Virus record (IMG/VR): IMGVR_UViG_3300042860_000123
Location: 1-38,256 of that record
DNA length: 38,256 bases
Direction: 5' to 3' (one strand)
Source: a virus
Taxonomy: Duplodnaviria; Caudoviricetes
Positions within the stretch are counted from its first letter, which is position 1. Each line of letters begins with the position of its first letter. Both the position numbers and the translations under genes were made by a program. The notes below the pieces were generated by a model, which worked only from the letters and a program-made list of their open reading frames with translations, did not search any database and had not been told where the DNA came from. Shown one piece after another: positions 7,957 through 16,895 of this stretch.

Positions 7957-8346
7957 ATGGGCAATCGGTTTGCTTCTGGGAAAAACAGTATCGCCATGTG
8001 CGATCGCTGTGGCTTTCAGTTCAAGTTAACTGCCTTGAAGAAAGAAGTTCTCAAGACAAAGCTTTACAATTTGCTTGTGTGCCCTACGTGTTGGGATCCA
8101 GATCAGCCGCAGTTGCAGTTGGGTATGTATCCAGTAGATGACCCCCAAGCAGTGCGTAATCCTCGGCGGGACACAACGTACGTAACCGCTGGCCCGAACT
8201 CGCAAGGTTCTTTGACGGGTGGTTCACGAGACATTCAATGGGGCTGGAACCCTGTTGGTGGGTCGAGAAATTTTGACAATGGACTAACGCCAAACTACTT
8301 GGCATTAGCGGTGCAAGTTGGTACAGTAACGATAGCGATTTCATAG
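7957..8346 (+). CDS. Phage protein with CxxC...CxxC zinc ribbon
   Basis: AMCDRCGF...LVCPTCWDPDQPQ. Confidence 0.65.
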   Translation: MGNRFASGKNSIAMCDRCGFQFKLTALKKEVLKTKLYNLLVCPTCWDPDQPQLQLGMYPVDDPQAVRNPRRDTTYVTAGPNSQGSLTGGSRDIQWGWNPVGGSRNFDNGLTPNYLALAVQVGTVTIAIS

Positions 8347-8355
8347 GAGCCTGAA

Positions 8356-8547
8356 ATGGACAAAAAAGATTTAGCCCAAGATAAGAAGATGATTAAGTCT
8401 GCTGTAGGTAAGCATGAGAAAAACATGCACCCCGGCAAAAAGCCTACAAAGCTTAAAGCTGGTGGCAAGACCAACAGCGACATGCTGAAATACGGTCGCA
8501 ACATGGCCAAGGTGATGAACCAGCGCTCTGTTGGTCGTGGAGGCTAA
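8356..8547 (+). CDS. Small Lys-rich protein
   Basis: aggag RBS; 63 aa; LKAGG motif. Confidence 0.6.
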   Translation: MDKKDLAQDKKMIKSAVGKHEKNMHPGKKPTKLKAGGKTNSDMLKYGRNMAKVMNQRSVGRGG

Positions 8548-8548
8548 G

Positions 8549-8746
8549 ATGGCCACATACAAGCAACCCACAAAAGTTGCCAACGTTATCGTTGGTGAGA
8601 TGCCTGTCAAGCAAGCTTTGAAAGCTAACCAATCGTTGGCCAATGAGCGTAGCAACCCTTACGAGGGCACTAAAACTTCTGGCATTAAAATTCGCGGTAC
8701 TGGATGCGCCACCAAAGGCGTGATGGCTCGCGGCCCAATGGCGTAA
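8549..8746 (+). CDS. Small basic protein
   Basis: ATG 8549 after ggagg; KTSGIKIRGTGCATKG C-terminal motif. Confidence 0.6.
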   Translation: MATYKQPTKVANVIVGEMPVKQALKANQSLANERSNPYEGTKTSGIKIRGTGCATKGVMARGPMA

Positions 8747-8749
8747 AAC

Positions 8750-9442
8750 ATGAACTACACTGAGCTTGTAACTGCGGTCTCCGATTACACGGAGAATACG
8801 TTTGAGACCTCTGAGATGAACACGTTCATCGAGCAGGCTGAGCAGCGCATTTACAACTCGGTTCAGTTCCCTTCCATTCGCAAGAATGTGACTGGTCAGA
8901 CAACAACAAGCAATAAATATTTGCAGTGCCCGTCAGACTTCTTGGCGGTGTACTCTGTGGCTGTTGTTACAGATGTGACAGGTGGGGATATAAACACCGG
9001 TACGTACGAGTATTTACTTAACAAAGACGTTAACTTTATCCGTCAAGCGTACCCAACCCCAAATGATACTGGCACCCCCAAGTACTACGCACTGTTTGGC
9101 CCACGTTCTGATGACGAGACAGAGTTGTCTTTTATTCTTGGCCCAACACCTGATGCGCAGTATTACGTTGAACTGCACTATTACTACTACCCAGAGTCTA
9201 TCGTGACTGCAGGCACCTCATGGCTTGGCGATAACTTTGACTCGGTATTGCTGTACGGCACACTGGTAGAAGCGTACACATTCATGAAGGGTGAGACCGA
9301 CATGATGCAGTTGTATGACGGCAAGTACAAAGAAGCTCTTCAGTTGGCCAAGCGTTTGGGTGATGGTCTGGAGCGTTCTGACAGCTACAGAAGCGGGCAG
9401 TATCGTGTGGCACCGCTACCTCAGAATAGAGGAGTGGTATGA
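8750..9442 (+). CDS. Head-to-tail adaptor-like protein
   Basis: MNYTELVTAVSDYTE...FIEQAEQRIY...PKYYA...LGPTPD...LLYGTLVEAYTFMKG adaptor-type pattern. Confidence 0.65.
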   Translation: MNYTELVTAVSDYTENTFETSEMNTFIEQAEQRIYNSVQFPSIRKNVTGQTTTSNKYLQCPSDFLAVYSVAVVTDVTGGDINTGTYEYLLNKDVNFIRQAYPTPNDTGTPKYYALFGPRSDDETELSFILGPTPDAQYYVELHYYYYPESIVTAGTSWLGDNFDSVLLYGTLVEAYTFMKGETDMMQLYDGKYKEALQLAKRLGDGLERSDSYRSGQYRVAPLPQNRGVV

Positions 9443-9885
9443 GTATTGTTCAGACCGCCACCACATCGTTTAAGACCGAGCTATTGCAGGCGGTTCACAA
9501 CTTTGGCCCCACATCGCCCAACACTTTCAAGATTGCGCTGTACACAGCCGCGGCTGATCTGAACGCTACGACCACGGTGTACACAACACTAAATGAAGTC
9601 GTAGGCACGGGGTATACGGCAGGCGGCAACACTTTGGTTATCAGCGTCTCGCCTACGGCAAGCGACAACAGCTATAGCATCCCAACGGCTTTCATCTCGT
9701 TTGCCAACACATCGTGGGCAGCAGCTTCGTTTACGGCTAGAGCCGCGCTAATTTACAACGCCACACAGGGCAACAAGTCTGTGGCCATCCTTGACTTTGG
9801 CTCTGACAAGACAGTCAACGGCACGGCATTCAACATTGAATTCCCAATAGCCAACTCAAACAGCGCCATTGTGCGCATCTCTTAA
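9439..9885 (+). CDS. Virion (tail) structural protein
   Basis: FKIALYT...GYTAGG...TARAALIYN...LDFGSDKT motif set common in phage tail accessory proteins. Confidence 0.6.
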   Translation: MSIVQTATTSFKTELLQAVHNFGPTSPNTFKIALYTAAADLNATTTVYTTLNEVVGTGYTAGGNTLVISVSPTASDNSYSIPTAFISFANTSWAAASFTARAALIYNATQGNKSVAILDFGSDKTVNGTAFNIEFPIANSNSAIVRIS

Positions 9886-9894
9886 GGACACACC

Positions 9895-10473
9895 ATGACC
9901 ACAGAAAAACTCAAAGTAACCGATCACATTTCTAGCGGTTTTATTGCCGGTACTAAATCGGGCGAAGAAGCTAAAGCTACAGGTGTTTACCACATTGAGT
10001 GCCACGATAAAGATGGTAACTTGAAGTGGTCTGCTGACTCTAAGAACTTGGTAGTTAACGCTGGTCTGGCTTACATGGCTGGCACGGCTCTAACTTCTGT
10101 TGCCCAGATCACCACTTGGTACATTGGCCTGTATGGTTCTGGTGCGTCCAATACACCTGCTGCTGGAGACACCATGTCTTCTCACGCTGGCTGGACTGAA
10201 GTTACTGATTACAGCAACGCTACTCGTGTGGCTGCTACTTTTGTTACAGCGACAACTGCTAACCCATCTGTGGTGACTAACGCAGCTTCTCCAGCAACAT
10301 TTAACATCAACGGCACAACAACTGTTGGCGGTGCGTTTTTGACTAGCGGTAGTGCTAAAGGCGGTACGACTGGTACGTTGTTCTCAGCGGCTGACTTCAG
10401 TGCGCCCGGTGATCGTTCGGTTGTGTCTGGCGACATCATTTCTGTAACGTACACATTCAGCCTCGCTGCTTGA
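9895..10473 (+). CDS. Virion (tail) structural protein
   Basis: 192 aa; KNLVVNAG...WYIGL...GD.ISVTYTF pattern; T/A/G-rich. Confidence 0.6.
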   Translation: MTTEKLKVTDHISSGFIAGTKSGEEAKATGVYHIECHDKDGNLKWSADSKNLVVNAGLAYMAGTALTSVAQITTWYIGLYGSGASNTPAAGDTMSSHAGWTEVTDYSNATRVAATFVTATTANPSVVTNAASPATFNINGTTTVGGAFLTSGSAKGGTTGTLFSAADFSAPGDRSVVSGDIISVTYTFSLAA

Positions 10474-10480
10474 GGTCTAA

Positions 10481-11263
10481 ATGGCTGAAGGCGGCTGGGG
10501 TTCTGGCACATGGGGTCAGGCTGGCTGGGGTGATTCAGTCTATGACCGGAGTGTTGCTGAAACTGCGACAGGGACAGATGCCGACTCTTCAGTTGTTAGT
10601 GTTCTGGCTAGTGTTGCTGAGACAGCTACCGGCTCGGATGCAATTAGTTCGTTGGTTACGGTTCCCGCTTCGGTATCAGAGACAAGTACAGGCTCAGACG
10701 CAATAAGTGCAAAGGCCACATTTAGGTCTGCGGTCAGTGAGTCAAGCACGGGATCGGATGCGATTAGTGCTATCCCAACGTATGGGGTATCTGTTTCTGA
10801 GACGGCTACTGGGTCTGATGTGGATGCGGCATTTGCTAACTTCTTGGGTCAGATTCTTGAGACGGCAACGGGTACAGATGCGACTGCATCAGCGTTCACA
10901 TTCTTGGCGTATATTGTTGAGAGTGCGACTGGATCTGATGCGGTATCGAGCAGTTTTGCTGTTAATGCATCGGTCAGTGAGTCGGCCAGTGGAAGTGATG
11001 TGGTTAGTTCCATCCCGACATACGGGGTGTCAGTCAATGAGACTGCAACAGGAGCTGATGTAGCGCAGGCGCTGGCTTTGTTTAGGGCTTCAGTTGTGGA
11101 GCTGGCAACGATATCGGATTTGATAGTTGGGCGGCCTTTGTGGGAAATTATTGATGACACGCAGACCGCAAACTGGCAAAATATCAACAACGTGCAGTCT
11201 TCGGGCTGGGCACAGATTGACAACACTCAAAGCGCTGGGTGGAATCAAATCGACACAAATTAG
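10481..11263 (+). CDS. Fibrous virion protein with about ten 20-aa repeats
   Basis: N-terminal GWGSGTWGQAGWG; repeat SV.ETATGSDA with 20-aa period; C-terminal 11-aa W repeats. Confidence 0.7.
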   Translation: MAEGGWGSGTWGQAGWGDSVYDRSVAETATGTDADSSVVSVLASVAETATGSDAISSLVTVPASVSETSTGSDAISAKATFRSAVSESSTGSDAISAIPTYGVSVSETATGSDVDAAFANFLGQILETATGTDATASAFTFLAYIVESATGSDAVSSSFAVNASVSESASGSDVVSSIPTYGVSVNETATGADVAQALALFRASVVELATISDLIVGRPLWEIIDDTQTANWQNINNVQSSGWAQIDNTQSAGWNQIDTN

Positions 11264-11272
11264 GAGCATTGA

Positions 11273-14239
11273 ATGACTACAGCATATACATCACTCTTAG
11301 GTCTGGCACTTCCAGTCACAGGCGAATTGAGCGGCACTTGGGGTGACACTGTAAACAACAGCATTACATCTCTTCTCGACACCTCTGTTGCGGGTACAAC
11401 CAACGTTAGTACTGACGGCGATGTCACACTGACCACAACCACAGGCGCTGCGAATACGGCTCGTCAAGCCATCCTCTTGTTCTCAGGCGCACGTACGGCA
11501 TTGCGTACGGTTACAGCGCCAGCCCAGTCAAAGGTTTATACGGTTATCAACGCCACCACAGGCGGCTTCTCTGTTAAGTTGGTTGGTGTTGGCCCAACAA
11601 CTGGTGTGACCATTGTTGCTGGTGAGTCTGCTGTTTGTGCATGGAATGGTTCTGACTTTATCAAGATCAGCAATACAGGCGGTTCAGCTTCGTTCACCAA
11701 CGTCACTGTTACAGGCACAACCACGCTTTCTGGCCTGACTGCTTCTACAGCGCTGGCATTGGATGCAAGCAAGAACGTAGTGAGCGTGACGAATACGGGT
11801 ACAGGCAACAACGTCTTGTCTGCTTCGCCCACATTGACTGGTACTGTTGCTGGCGCAAGCTTGTCGCTAAGCTCTTTGACTTCTGGTCGCGTAACTTACG
11901 CAGGAGCGTCTGGTCTTCTCCAAGACTCTGCCAACCTGTTGTACTCTGGTACTGACTTGACTGTTTATGGTCTAACAGTAGGCCGTGGTGCTGGTGCTGT
12001 GTCTACCAATACTGCGGTGGGTGCTAGTGCTTTGGTGGCTAATACTAGCGGTTTTGATTCTACTGCCGCAGGTTACTTTGCATTAAAAGCACAGACCAGC
12101 GCAAACGGCAACACAGGATTTGGTCGTTCTGTTTTAGAGTTAAATGCTTCTGGAATTTCAAATACTGGCGTAGGGGCATATGCTTTAGGTAGCGGAACTT
12201 CTGGCGACAGCAATTCTGCTTTTGGTAAAAATGCGCTTTACACAAATACGGGTAGTAACAATACTGCTCTTGGGGCACAGGCTTTACAGCTTAACACCAC
12301 AGCATCAAACAACACTGCTGTAGGTTATCAGGCGGGGTATGCAAATACTACTGGCGGCAACAACGTAGCTGTGGGTAAAGAAGCCTTGTATTCCAACACC
12401 ACAGCAGGTAACAACACAGGAGTAGGATTTAGAGCGGTTTACTCAAATACAACTGGCGCACAAAATCTAGGCGTTGGTGTTGAAGCATTGGCATCTAACA
12501 CAACTGGTTCTAACAACGTAGCTTTTGGCAGTTCTAATTACGGAACAACTTATGGAACTTTGTCTAGCAACACAACAGGTGCATCTAATACAGCGTTAGG
12601 AAATCAAGCCCTTGCTCAAAACACCACAGCCTCCAACAATACTGCTGTAGGTTATCAGGCTGGATATTCAAACGTAACTGGCCCAGAAGTGACTGCTGTG
12701 GGCTATCAAGCAGGGTATAGATCAACTGCGGGTTACAGCACCTTTGTTGGGCACGGCTCTGGTGTAAACCAATCAACGGGGGATGGCAATACCTATGTTG
12801 GTCGTGGGATTACTGGCAATGCTGCCGCTGGTGCGTCTACTGGTTCAAATAACACTGCAATGGGTAACTTTGCCCTATCTAATGTTACTAGCGGCTCAAG
12901 CAACGTAGCAATTGGGCCAAATGCTCTTAACTCCAACACCACAGCAGGACAAAGTACCGCTGTAGGCTATCAAGCGCTTTACACAAGCAATTACACAAGC
13001 GGCAATGCAAACAACACTGCTGTTGGATATTTAAGTTTTTACTTAAACGCCACTGGAACTGGAAACACAGGTATTGGCGTTGGTTCTGGTTATGCTAATT
13101 TAGGCTCATCCAATGTGGCAGTTGGTATTAACGCTTTAAATTCAAGCGGTACTGGTAGTAATAACGTGGCAATAGGTGACTCTGCTTTGTTATCAAACAC
13201 CACAGCAAATAACAACAGTGCTGTTGGATATGAAGCATTGTATGGAAACACCACAGGAACTTCAAACGTAGCCTTTGGGCAAAATACGGCAACAGCAAAC
13301 ACCACAGGCTCAAACAATGTGGCAATTGGTAATTTGGCATTACGTTTCAACACCACAGCGGGGAACAATACGGCTGTAGGTTATCAGGCGGGGTACAGCA
13401 ATACCACAGGCGCAGGTAATGTTTTTGTGGGTTATCAGGCAGGACAAGACAAAACAACAGGTACTTTTAACACTGTTCTTGGTCTTCAGGCGTTTAGAGT
13501 TAATGTTGGTGGAAACGACAATACCATAATTGGGACTGCCGCTGGATATGTCAGCACGGGTAGCAATAACACGTTTGTGGGCTGTCGTGCAACAACGACT
13601 AATGGTTGTGGCGAGTTGATGACCACAGGCTCCAAGAACACCATCGTTGGTGGCTTCTCAGGAAACCAAAACAGCGTAGATATCCGCACTCTTAGCAATT
13701 ACATCGTGCTGTCTGATGGGGATGGCTACCCCGCTTTCTGGGGTCAGGGCGGCAGTGCTGGCTACATGAGACTTGAGGCAGGTCGCCTTGAATTCCCCGC
13801 AACTCAAAACGCATCATCAAACGCCAACACGCTAGATGACTATGAGGAGGGGACTTGGACACCAACTTTTGTCTTTACTGGTGGCGCAGGGTCATTAACT
13901 TACACCACCCAATCTGGTTCGTATACAAAAATTGGAAAGATGGTAACTGTTCAATGTCTTGCTGTTGTTTCAAACAAAGGAACAGCTAGTGGTGAAATTT
14001 CTATGGTTATGCCTTTTACAGCGGCTTCTGGGACTTTCTACTCAGCCGCCGCTTTAACTTGGAATTTCATCACATACAGCGCTAACAGCTACACCATTAC
14101 AGCACAGGGCGGTCAAGGTAGCGCCTCATTAACTTTTTACAATGAGCCAAGTGGTGGTACAAAAACAGGACTTGACGTAAGTCAATGTGGCTCAACTTTT
14201 GAAATCATTTTTACAATTACATATCAAGCCAACGCTTAA
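11273..14239 (+). CDS. Long tail fibre / receptor-binding protein with 17-aa beta-solenoid repeats
   Basis: N-terminal anchor GELSGTWGDTVN; many NTT.SNNTAVGYQA repeats; C-terminal NANTLDDYEEGTWTP...YTKIGKMVTV tip domain. Confidence 0.8.
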   Translation: MTTAYTSLLGLALPVTGELSGTWGDTVNNSITSLLDTSVAGTTNVSTDGDVTLTTTTGAANTARQAILLFSGARTALRTVTAPAQSKVYTVINATTGGFSVKLVGVGPTTGVTIVAGESAVCAWNGSDFIKISNTGGSASFTNVTVTGTTTLSGLTASTALALDASKNVVSVTNTGTGNNVLSASPTLTGTVAGASLSLSSLTSGRVTYAGASGLLQDSANLLYSGTDLTVYGLTVGRGAGAVSTNTAVGASALVANTSGFDSTAAGYFALKAQTSANGNTGFGRSVLELNASGISNTGVGAYALGSGTSGDSNSAFGKNALYTNTGSNNTALGAQALQLNTTASNNTAVGYQAGYANTTGGNNVAVGKEALYSNTTAGNNTGVGFRAVYSNTTGAQNLGVGVEALASNTTGSNNVAFGSSNYGTTYGTLSSNTTGASNTALGNQALAQNTTASNNTAVGYQAGYSNVTGPEVTAVGYQAGYRSTAGYSTFVGHGSGVNQSTGDGNTYVGRGITGNAAAGASTGSNNTAMGNFALSNVTSGSSNVAIGPNALNSNTTAGQSTAVGYQALYTSNYTSGNANNTAVGYLSFYLNATGTGNTGIGVGSGYANLGSSNVAVGINALNSSGTGSNNVAIGDSALLSNTTANNNSAVGYEALYGNTTGTSNVAFGQNTATANTTGSNNVAIGNLALRFNTTAGNNTAVGYQAGYSNTTGAGNVFVGYQAGQDKTTGTFNTVLGLQAFRVNVGGNDNTIIGTAAGYVSTGSNNTFVGCRATTTNGCGELMTTGSKNTIVGGFSGNQNSVDIRTLSNYIVLSDGDGYPAFWGQGGSAGYMRLEAGRLEFPATQNASSNANTLDDYEEGTWTPTFVFTGGAGSLTYTTQSGSYTKIGKMVTVQCLAVVSNKGTASGEISMVMPFTAASGTFYSAAALTWNFITYSANSYTITAQGGQGSASLTFYNEPSGGTKTGLDVSQCGSTFEIIFTITYQANA

Positions 14240-14250
14240 AAGGAAACATC

Positions 14251-14511
14251 ATGTCAACCTTCACCGAAGTCACTTACATTTCGCAATTTAACATCCAGCC
14301 GAATGGTTGCATTGGTGTTCAAAAAACCACCGATGTTTCAAAGGATGGTGTTGTCATTTCGTCAACCTACTGGCGCACAATCCTTGTGCCTAACGACCCA
14401 ACAGCATCAACAGTGCTGGATGAGGCGTACTACCTCAATATTGCTACATATGCTTGGAGCCAACCATCGCCCCAGCCGTATGACCCTAACCCACCAACTC
14501 CCGGAGTTTAA
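14251..14511 (+). CDS. Small tail-fibre-associated protein
   Basis: aagga RBS; KDGVVISSTYWR motif; directly follows the fibre gene. Confidence 0.55.
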   Translation: MSTFTEVTYISQFNIQPNGCIGVQKTTDVSKDGVVISSTYWRTILVPNDPTASTVLDEAYYLNIATYAWSQPSPQPYDPNPPTPGV

Positions 14512-14513
14512 CC

Positions 14514-14735
14514 ATGACTATTGAAACACAAACCCCAACCGCAGAAGAAATTGCTCGTCACTACAGTGCCGCAATGGACTCAGTAAACCTTATTAACGCA
14601 GGGCAACCCGAAAAAATGTCTGACGAAGACTGGGCTGACACTGTTGCTCGCAACAAAGAGCACCTCAAGATCATGCTGGCTAAAGACTTCTGGACATCAG
14701 AAAACCTAGCGCCACTGCAAGCCGCATCAGCATAA
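14514..14735 (+). CDS. Small hypothetical protein (fibre-associated)
   Basis: ggag RBS; EEIARHYSAAMDSVNLI...RNKEHLKIMLAKDFWT. Confidence 0.6.
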   Translation: MTIETQTPTAEEIARHYSAAMDSVNLINAGQPEKMSDEDWADTVARNKEHLKIMLAKDFWTSENLAPLQAASA

Positions 14736-14780
14736 CGGGAAGCCACCACCCGACCTTGGTGGCGCATTAAAGGAAACATC

Positions 14781-15008
14781 ATGGGAAAAAATGAAAAGAC
14801 CCCTGTGACAATCGATGGCGTTGAGCACCAGTTTGAAGACCTGACACCCCAGCAGCAAGCGCTGTTGAACCATGTCGCAGATTTGGATCGCAAACTTGAC
14901 TCAGCACGATTTAACGTAGATCAACTCACCGTGGGCCGCAACGCCTTCTTTGAGTTACTGAAGCAAGCTCTGGCCGAACCCAAGGTGTCGGACGTAGAAC
15001 CTAAGTAA
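14781..15008 (+). CDS. Small coiled-coil protein (possible fibre chaperone)
   Basis: aagga RBS; VTIDGVEHQFEDLT followed by an amphipathic helix. Confidence 0.6.
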   Translation: MGKNEKTPVTIDGVEHQFEDLTPQQQALLNHVADLDRKLDSARFNVDQLTVGRNAFFELLKQALAEPKVSDVEPK

Positions 15009-15016
15009 CCTTGTCT

Positions 15017-15040
15017 GGGGGCTTCGGCCCCCGCTGTTTG
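15017..15040 (+). terminator. Probable (weak) terminator hairpin ending the tail-fibre block
   Basis: GGGGGC-TTCG-GCCCCC followed by an interrupted U-tract; same core as the 4071 hairpin. Confidence 0.6.
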
Positions 15041-15069
15041 GTTACTGGAATTTGTTTTGAGTTGTACCT

Positions 15070-15570
15070 ATGATTCCAATAGACCCGATAACAGCGTTAG
15101 AAGGACTACAGACTGCAATCAGCGTAGTCAAAAAGGCAAGCAAGGTCGCAAGTGATCTGGCTGGATTAGCTCCATCTATCGCCAAGATGTTTGATGCCAA
15201 GAGCACCGCTACCAAGGCGATGCTTCAGGCAAAGCGTACAGGTGGTAAATCCAACCTTGGCGCGGCGTTACAGATTGAGATGGCTTTGGATGAGGCCAAG
15301 CGGTTTGAAGAACAGTTAAAGATGCTGTTCATGCAGGCGGGACGCATAGACGTATGGAATGCGACCAAGGCTCGGCAAGCTGAGATGGATAGAGATGATG
15401 CCAGAGAGATGGCAGAGCTAAAGGCTGAAGAGAAGCGCCGCAAAGAAGAAGAACAAGAGCAGATGGCGTGGGCGATTGGGGTTGTTGTGATTGTGATGCT
15501 CCTTGGTGCAGTTGGTTGGGGCATTGCTGAGATACAAGATTACTGTGCCAAGACAAGGTGTGGTCGGTGA
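15070..15570 (+). CDS. Coiled-coil protein with C-terminal TM helix (lysis region)
   Basis: MIPIDPITAL N-terminus, charged coiled-coil, TM WAIGVVVIVMLLGAVGWGI. Confidence 0.65.
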   Translation: MIPIDPITALEGLQTAISVVKKASKVASDLAGLAPSIAKMFDAKSTATKAMLQAKRTGGKSNLGAALQIEMALDEAKRFEEQLKMLFMQAGRIDVWNATKARQAEMDRDDAREMAELKAEEKRRKEEEQEQMAWAIGVVVIVMLLGAVGWGIAEIQDYCAKTRCGR

Positions 15571-15716
15571 ATGAGTACCAGAAACAGTTTGACCTCTTCC
15601 TTAAAGTCTTTGTCAGGCTATGTATTGCTTGGTATGTCGTTGGTTTTTTGCGCTTCCTGCCTGATGAGTTGGCCGATAAGGTCGTGAACAAACTACTGGG
15701 AATGATTGGTCTATGA
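15567..15716 (+). CDS. 49-aa membrane peptide (not in ORF track)
   Basis: GTG start overlaps the previous stop (GTGA) and its TGA overlaps the next ATG (ATGA): MNEYQKQFDLFLKVFVRLCIAWYVVGFLRFLPDELADKVVNKLLGMIGL. Confidence 0.6.
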   Translation: MNEYQKQFDLFLKVFVRLCIAWYVVGFLRFLPDELADKVVNKLLGMIGL

Positions 15717-16324
15717 GTGACGAAAAGCCAGCAGACGTATTGAGCAAGGTGTTGTCCTATGTGGACAGCCCGTTCAAGCTGTTTGCGCTGATACTCATGG
15801 CTGTGTTTGCGTTTGCTGGGTACTTTGTTTGGCAGAACCAAGAACTGTTGATGGGGGCATATAAAGAGTCTAAGAGAATGCCAAGCATTGTTGAGGACAG
15901 GGTGGAAGACGCTGCCGCCCACTTGTTTAAAACAACCAACGCTACCATTGTGGCTGTATTTAAAGTAAACCCTATGTTTGGAACCAGAGTGCTGCATCGT
16001 GCTTACACCAAAGAGGGTAGAGACAAAACCAATGATGGGCTTGATGTTGGGCTGTTTACTCAAAACCAAGCTAACAACGCTGATGTGATTAAGCTGATGG
16101 CAAGTGAGATTCCTTGTGGCGAGTACAAGTCAGCGCAATCTGAAATGGGTTTATGGTATATCGCCAAGGGGGTTGCCTACACTTGCCGAGTCAGCATCCC
16201 ACCTGATCCAAGCCGGTTTGTTGGACAAATTACTGTAGGCTGGGATAATGAACCTACCGACATTCAGGTGACAAGAACCATGATGGAAATTGCAGCAACC
16301 ATGCTTTCAAGGAGCAAACAATGA
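15713..16324 (+). CDS. Single-TM protein with GAF-like C-terminal domain; possible T4 T-type holin
   Basis: 203 aa with one N-terminal TM; C-terminus YTC...FVGQITVGW...AATMLSRSK recalls the T4 gpT periplasmic domain. Located in the lysis cassette. Confidence 0.45.
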   Translation: MSDEKPADVLSKVLSYVDSPFKLFALILMAVFAFAGYFVWQNQELLMGAYKESKRMPSIVEDRVEDAAAHLFKTTNATIVAVFKVNPMFGTRVLHRAYTKEGRDKTNDGLDVGLFTQNQANNADVIKLMASEIPCGEYKSAQSEMGLWYIAKGVAYTCRVSIPPDPSRFVGQITVGWDNEPTDIQVTRTMMEIAATMLSRSKQ

Positions 16325-16488
16325 TTGGACTAGACGCACTAAAAATGGCGCTTAACGCGCTAGAAAGTATTTTTGCATCAACTCACCCTTATCGGGAAGA
16401 TGGGACAAGCACTCTAAGCGAAGAATCTGTTGAGTTGAGTAACAAAGCTATTGCTGCCATTAAAGAGATATTGGAGCAACGCACATGA
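16321..16488 (+). CDS. 55-aa ORF starting with a duplicate of the holin N-terminus (not in ORF track)
   Basis: MIGLDALKMALNALESIFASTHPYREDGTSTLSEESVELSNKAIAAIKEILEQRT; ggag RBS; ATGA overlaps at both ends. Confidence 0.5.
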   Translation: MIGLDALKMALNALESIFASTHPYREDGTSTLSEESVELSNKAIAAIKEILEQRT

Positions 16489-16504
16489 TTGGACTAGACG
16501 CACT
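16321..16504 (+). repeat. 20-bp direct repeat ATGATTGGACTAGACGCACT (16321-40 and 16485-504)
   Basis: Exact copies, both preceded by GGAGCAA. An 11/12 partial copy ATGATTGGTCTA lies at 15702. Confidence 0.9.
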
Positions 16505-16895
16505 TTTAAACGTGGGCGGCAAACTAATTGATAAGTTAATTCCAGACCCAGAGGCCAAAGCCAAGGCACAACTGGAACTTTCTAAAATGGCGCAAGATGG
16601 TGAGTTGGCAAAGATGGCTAACGACACCAAGCTGTTTGAGGTAGAGCAAGAAAACATCTCAGACCGCTGGAAAGCAGACATGGGGTCTGACTCTTGGTTA
16701 TCTAAAAATATTCGTCCTATGGCTCTTATAGCGATCTTTGTGGCCTATTTTGTGTTTACCATGATGTCGGCATTTGGGTACAACGCTCAAGAATCTTACG
16801 TACAGCTTTTAGGCCAGTGGGGACAGATTATTTTCTTGGCTTACTTTGGTGGTCGCACTGTTGAGAAACTTGCAGATATGCGGAGCAAAAAATGA
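16485..16895 (+). CDS. Holin (3TM / gene-transfer-release type)
   Basis: GKLIDKLIPDPEAKAKAQLEL...RWKADMGSDSWLSKNIRP + TM + YFGGRTVEK signature; adjacent to the endolysin. Confidence 0.8.
   Translation: MIGLDALLNVGGKLIDKLIPDPEAKAKAQLELSKMAQDGELAKMANDTKLFEVEQENISDRWKADMGSDSWLSKNIRPMALIAIFVAYFVFTMMSAFGYNAQESYVQLLGQWGQIIFLAYFGGRTVEKLADMRSKK

Noticed and set aside
11273-14239. Diversity-generating retroelement or invertible segment acting on the tail fibre
   Set aside because: No reverse transcriptase, recombinase or adenine-variant TR/VR pair visible in the window.
15329-16069. 246-aa minus-strand ORF across the lysis region
   Set aside because: Overlaps three translationally coupled plus-strand genes and has no recognisable motif.
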